Source: a virus
Taxonomy: Duplodnaviria > Caudoviricetes
Length of the DNA stretch: 45,537 nt
Reading direction: 5' to 3' (one strand)
IMG/VR virus record: IMGVR_UViG_3300043220_000053
Location: 1-45,537 of that record
Shown here: positions 41,548-45,537 of the stretch, in pieces
Numbering within the stretch: position 1 is the first letter of the stretch
How the letters are laid out: every line of letters starts with the position of its first letter
Position numbers and translations under genes: made by a program
The notes under the pieces: model-generated
Databases searched by the model: none
What the model was told of the DNA's origin: nothing
Seen by the model: the letters and a program-made list of their open reading frames with translations, nothing else

Positions 41548-44054
41548 TAGTAGGTGATCCAGCGCTTCACACGGAGTTCGATTCCGTGAGCGTAGCTGCT
41601 TACGCCATCGACCTCGGAGGTCTTATACATGATGTCCGTCACGGACTCCACCTCGCCGGTGAAGGTGCGATCCGTCACCAAGTCCGTGCCCGATGAAGGG
41701 TCGTCATAGTCCCCTGGCCTGCGGAATGTCACCGTTCCCTGGTTCTGCAACCTCCGTAGGTTCTGTTCCGCCTCAAACGCCTCCAACCCTGTCTTGTCCA
41801 ACGCCAACTGTTCGGCGTTCACAACGATACGGATAATCTCAGGGAAGCGGATGCCGACGATGACGCGCAATACCTGGGGGTCAGAGTTCTTAGGGGTGTA
41901 GGAACTGTTGGTCGTCACGGTCAACTGAGGGCGGAACCGAAAGGCGGTGTCGGTAGTGCCCACGGTGGGGTTTCTGACAGTCATCCCCGATGACGTGATG
42001 GCGCTGCCGATAGACGTAGGGGTGGTAGCGTCGTCACGGTATAGCTTCAGTTGCAAGGAAGTCGTGGCATCCCAGTCTCCTTCTAACTCCACCGTCATGT
42101 GGCGGATTTGTACCTTGTCCTGAGGTCGGCCAGGGTTACGTTCATCAAACCAGATGTCGTGGTCTGCGCTGGCCTGACCTCTGCGGTTCTGCACGTCCAG
42201 AGAACCGTCATCAGCCAGCTCAATGACGCGAGCGTCCCGCACCGTCTCGTCGGTGCTGGCTCCCTTAATCCAGAGTTGATTCTTAGAGTCAACGCCCAAT
42301 CCCAAAGAAAGGGGAATGCTAAGGACGCTGTTCTGAATTAGCTCGTGTCCTGCGGGGTCTCCCTCGCGGCGCTTGCGAGCCTGGATAAGATGGCTGACCT
42401 CACCATCATTCTGAAGGTAGTACCAATACTCCCCAACGTGGACTCCGTAGGCGGGGCGACCATCCTTGGGGGTGTCGATGATGTCGTCTATCTTCCGCCA
42501 GGAACGGATGGTGTTTAACCCGATGGGGAGCGCCCCGCCGCCTATGCGCTTGCGCCAGAGGTCGCCCTTCGACATATAGATGATTTCGTCGCCGAAGGCG
42601 AACGAGCCCTTCCCGTTGTCAGAATCAATTTTGCCCCTCTGGATGAAGGGGTTAGAAGGACGTGACTCAGCCTCAACACCAAACTCGTAGAGATTATCTT
42701 CTTTGCAGGCGAAGAGCTGCCCCTGGGCCTCTAACAAGTGGGTTATCTTAGTGCTAGAGTCACCGGCCTTCTGCCCCCCCGACCAAGTATCGGTTATGTC
42801 ACCCGTGTCTTCGTTGAAGTCAATCTGATGTTGGGTTGCGCTGTTGACGCGGGCCAGGGTAGGAGTGATACCCTTCTGAAAAGTGGAGAGATGGTCGGCC
42901 TTCCATGTTCCCGTGACGTTCGCCACGGTGACGCCTGTAATTTTCTGGGCAGAGACGCCATTCCCCATCGGGACGTACCAGTTGCCATTCATTTTTTCGG
43001 GCTGGCCCGCGACGCCTGATGCCGTGGTGTCGGTGGCGTCCAGCGTCAATCCCGTATCGGAGTCAGAGGTGTACTTAAATATCTTGGTTGTGTCTGCGAT
43101 CTGCATGATGCTGCGGGAGGTGGTGGAGGCGGGTTTAATGGGTACAGCTATCTCCACCCAATCCGTTGCCGCACCATCAATGGAGGGAGCCATGACCCCG
43201 CCGTCAGAACCAGCCTGTGTGTAACCTGCACCCGTGATAGTTGTGCCCTGGTTATCATCCCAGCGCTCCGTCTCGTTTGTTCCAGCAGTAAGAGTGTCGT
43301 TCGTATCCAGAGCAACAGCGGCCAAGACAAACTCGCCCGCTGAAGTAGTGACAGTAACGGTAGGAGTGCCATCTTGGTCAGTCGCGCTAACGACTGAGCC
43401 GAACGGGTCATCCTGATTGACACCGTAGAGGCTCTCTGCGCCTCCGACCATTGCCAGTGTTCCGCCCGCATTGTTCGTAATGACAATATTGTTTGCTCCA
43501 GTCGGAGGATTTAGAAGAAAGAAAAAGCCGACTGAGGCGTTCGTTCCAGCATCACCCTTCTTTGCGGCCAGCCAAGTTAACGGTATGCCTCCATAAGTTG
43601 TAGGAAACAGTATATTCCAACTGAGACTTGACCTAGTATCTATATTGAGCGCGACCACTAAGATGCGTTCGCTCTGCACTGCAACAGTGTGGGAAAAGGA
43701 AAGGGTAGAGCCATCGGCTATCGACCCCTTCCCCGTTGAGGCGGCGTCCAGGGTCAGCGTGGAACCCGATGTCTCCACACCCTCCATAGTGTAGCCATAG
43801 GCCGTGGTGAGGGCGGTGTTGTTTAGGTTGTGGTAGAACGGGGATAACCTCAGCGCGCCTCGCGTACTGGCATCCCAGCCCGTGGCGAAGAAGTAGCCGT
43901 GTCCCGTCTCCTGCTTCGTCTCCCCCAAACCGAGCGACCAGTCATCCCATACCTCGTCCCGCTCCTGGGCGACCTGGATGGTCTGCCATTGAAGGTTGCC
44001 CGAATCATCCAGGACAATCGGGTACTCTTCGCCGTCGATTGACGCTGGTATCAT
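41547..44054 (-). CDS. Tail nozzle/tubular protein B-like, with an inserted domain
   Basis: 835 aa; DWSLGLG N-terminus; beta-propeller-like blades; follows the adaptor genes. Confidence 0.65.
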   Translation of the reverse strand: MIPASIDGEEYPIVLDDSGNLQWQTIQVAQERDEVWDDWSLGLGETKQETGHGYFFATGWDASTRGALRLSPFYHNLNNTALTTAYGYTMEGVETSGSTLTLDAASTGKGSIADGSTLSFSHTVAVQSERILVVALNIDTRSSLSWNILFPTTYGGIPLTWLAAKKGDAGTNASVGFFFLLNPPTGANNIVITNNAGGTLAMVGGAESLYGVNQDDPFGSVVSATDQDGTPTVTVTTSAGEFVLAAVALDTNDTLTAGTNETERWDDNQGTTITGAGYTQAGSDGGVMAPSIDGAATDWVEIAVPIKPASTTSRSIMQIADTTKIFKYTSDSDTGLTLDATDTTASGVAGQPEKMNGNWYVPMGNGVSAQKITGVTVANVTGTWKADHLSTFQKGITPTLARVNSATQHQIDFNEDTGDITDTWSGGQKAGDSSTKITHLLEAQGQLFACKEDNLYEFGVEAESRPSNPFIQRGKIDSDNGKGSFAFGDEIIYMSKGDLWRKRIGGGALPIGLNTIRSWRKIDDIIDTPKDGRPAYGVHVGEYWYYLQNDGEVSHLIQARKRREGDPAGHELIQNSVLSIPLSLGLGVDSKNQLWIKGASTDETVRDARVIELADDGSLDVQNRRGQASADHDIWFDERNPGRPQDKVQIRHMTVELEGDWDATTSLQLKLYRDDATTPTSIGSAITSSGMTVRNPTVGTTDTAFRFRPQLTVTTNSSYTPKNSDPQVLRVIVGIRFPEIIRIVVNAEQLALDKTGLEAFEAEQNLRRLQNQGTVTFRRPGDYDDPSSGTDLVTDRTFTGEVESVTDIMYKTSEVDGVSSYAHGIELRVKRWITY

Positions 44055-45343
44055 TGGAACCGTATCAATTCTCGGTCAGGCTCTTGGACGATCTGGAGAG
44101 AAAGCCCAGCATCTTCCTTGAGCTGGTGGAAGGTGCGACGGAATTCCGCCGCTTCTTTGGGGTGACCCCGCGCTTCCTCTATTAAGGAGAGCGCCCCGTT
44201 GACGACTATCAGTTTGCCCGCCCTGGTTGTGCTTGTGTCGGCTGTCAAAGATGGATAACGTCGGTGTACTTCCATATAAATAGGGCGACTAAATGCCCTT
44301 GCCTCTGTGGTGATTGGCAGCCCGTCCCGTTCAGCGTCACGCTTGTTGATAGCGATTTGTTGCCATGGCTCCGTGAAAGCTAAATAGGTGTCGGTGACGA
44401 TGGCCGTAGGCCCAACAGGGAGTTCATAGGCCGCTAGGATGTCATCGGCGAAGTCGATGCTACTGGAGTCTACCGAATAGCGGTGTCCATCAGTCTTGAG
44501 AATAGAGATTGGCCCGATGTAGAAGTCGTCTGCGCTGGCGTTCGAGGCGTATTCAATGTGGACGATCTCGCAGTCAGTAGGCGCACTCGCCGTATACCGC
44601 ACCTCTACGGCGGCGGTGTCGGTGACAGTCGTGGATTTGATGTTAGCAGATGCCGTTGCGTCCACGAAGTTGATGTCCACAGAACCCACATCTACTTTTA
44701 CTGGCACGGAGATATTGAACTGTTGCCCAGGGGTACAGGGGATTCTAGCAGAGCGACGGCCCTCATCGGCTCCAGTAGCTACTCCGTGAATAGCTTGCCT
44801 ACCTACCTTGAAAGGTGAAGTCGCCTTCGCGTCGGTGGTGCCTGGAGCGCCCCCCGACAGAGCTGTCCAGTTGGTCAGGTCGGAGTCCTCCATATCCCCA
44901 TCCGTCACTAACGTCAGGGGGATAAACCCCTCGTAGATGAGAGCATTCAGGATGTCATTGATAAATCTGTCCGCCGCGTCAGGATGAAAGTCAATCCAGA
45001 TTTCGTAATGGCCATCCACCGTCGCAGCGGTAGTGTTCACCGTTCCGATTGTTGGGGAAAACTCAAGCGTCCCTGCCGCTGGGTTGAATTGGTGAATAAT
45101 TGACACCTGTTCCTGTAGCGCGGGGGTGCCGGAGTTATCGAAGTACATTAAGCGAATCAATGCCCCGTGGAAGTTGTGAGGAAACGCCGCTATCTCCTTA
45201 AATCTGGTGTCGGTGATAGAGGTAGTTGCCGTAAACTCGGTTAAAGTAGAAGCGTCGGGGCCGTTTCGTAAGCGGCGTCGGTTGCCCGCGTACAGTCGGT
45301 CGTGGATTAACTCACGAATACTCTGGCGTGTGGTATCAGGCAT
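44051..45343 (-). CDS. Adaptor/ring-like protein with an inserted CBM-like domain
   Basis: N-terminus paralogous to 572-1180; LVTDGDMEDSDLTNW galactose-binding-like insert. Confidence 0.65.
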   Translation of the reverse strand: MPDTTRQSIRELIHDRLYAGNRRRLRNGPDASTLTEFTATTSITDTRFKEIAAFPHNFHGALIRLMYFDNSGTPALQEQVSIIHQFNPAAGTLEFSPTIGTVNTTAATVDGHYEIWIDFHPDAADRFINDILNALIYEGFIPLTLVTDGDMEDSDLTNWTALSGGAPGTTDAKATSPFKVGRQAIHGVATGADEGRRSARIPCTPGQQFNISVPVKVDVGSVDINFVDATASANIKSTTVTDTAAVEVRYTASAPTDCEIVHIEYASNASADDFYIGPISILKTDGHRYSVDSSSIDFADDILAAYELPVGPTAIVTDTYLAFTEPWQQIAINKRDAERDGLPITTEARAFSRPIYMEVHRRYPSLTADTSTTRAGKLIVVNGALSLIEEARGHPKEAAEFRRTFHQLKEDAGLSLQIVQEPDRELIRFQ

Positions 45344-45537
45344 TTAGAATCTCCGAAGAACCTGGGCCTGCTCAGTATCCTCACGCTGAATGTTGAGCCT
45401 GACGACCAACGGCCGGAGTCCTCTGAGAGCCAACCTACGCAGCCACAGCAGTTCGTGATGGTCAGCCTCTCGCTCAAACAGCGTCCGTATCTCGCCCGAC
45501 TCCCGCTTGGCGAGGAACTTGAGAGCGTCCGCCAGAA
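45344..45537 (-). CDS. 3' part of the junction-spanning adaptor/ring protein
   Basis: In frame with 1-572 across the join; TAA at 45346-45344 abuts the ATG of 44051-45343. Confidence 0.8.
   Translation of the reverse strand, partial: LADALKFLAKRESGEIRTLFEREADHHELLWLRRLALRGLRPLVVRLNIQREDTEQAQVLRRF
45411..45537. repeat. Second copy of the 127-bp terminal overlap
   Basis: Identical to 1-127. Confidence 0.95.

Noticed and set aside
45411-45537. 127-bp terminal repeat as a biological direct terminal repeat
   Set aside because: Its length equals a common assembler k-mer and it falls mid-gene, so it only shows circularity

Overview
This window is a complete, circularly assembled tailed-phage genome. 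Bases 1-127 equal 45411-45537, so the unique length is about 45,410 bp, and one tail gene is split across the join. The layout is podovirus-like, with three transcription blocks. (1) A leftward late block runs from 20331 through the join to 36232: TerS candidate, TerL, portal, two internal/ejection proteins, scaffold, major capsid, decoration proteins, a GT2-type glycosyltransferase, three paralogous ring/adaptor proteins, a nozzle and fibres. (2) A leftward early/middle block at 36048-23915 holds an SSB-like protein, an HNH/LmbU-like protein, an HTH replication initiator with iterons, an SLT, RusA, an amidase endolysin, a holin and a sigma-70 region-4-like regulator. (3) A rightward island of about 15 small genes lies at 20464-23856. 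I see no integrase, classical CI repressor, DNA polymerase, reverse transcriptase, CRISPR or tRNA. The most unusual signals are four. First, a 12-bp quasi-palindrome, CATTTCRTSATG, occurs in 11 exact and about 9 variant copies, mostly at gene boundaries and beside terminators. Second, the rightward island is a cassette-like array with stereotyped stop-motif-RBS junctions, and its paralogs consist of near-identical constant DNA blocks around unrelated, mostly Cys-rich variable segments. Third, two in-frame structured elements share a 16-17 bp G-U-containing closing stem. Fourth, two genes appear overprinted inside protein linkers. All product calls come from motif recognition and synteny by eye; no database search was run.
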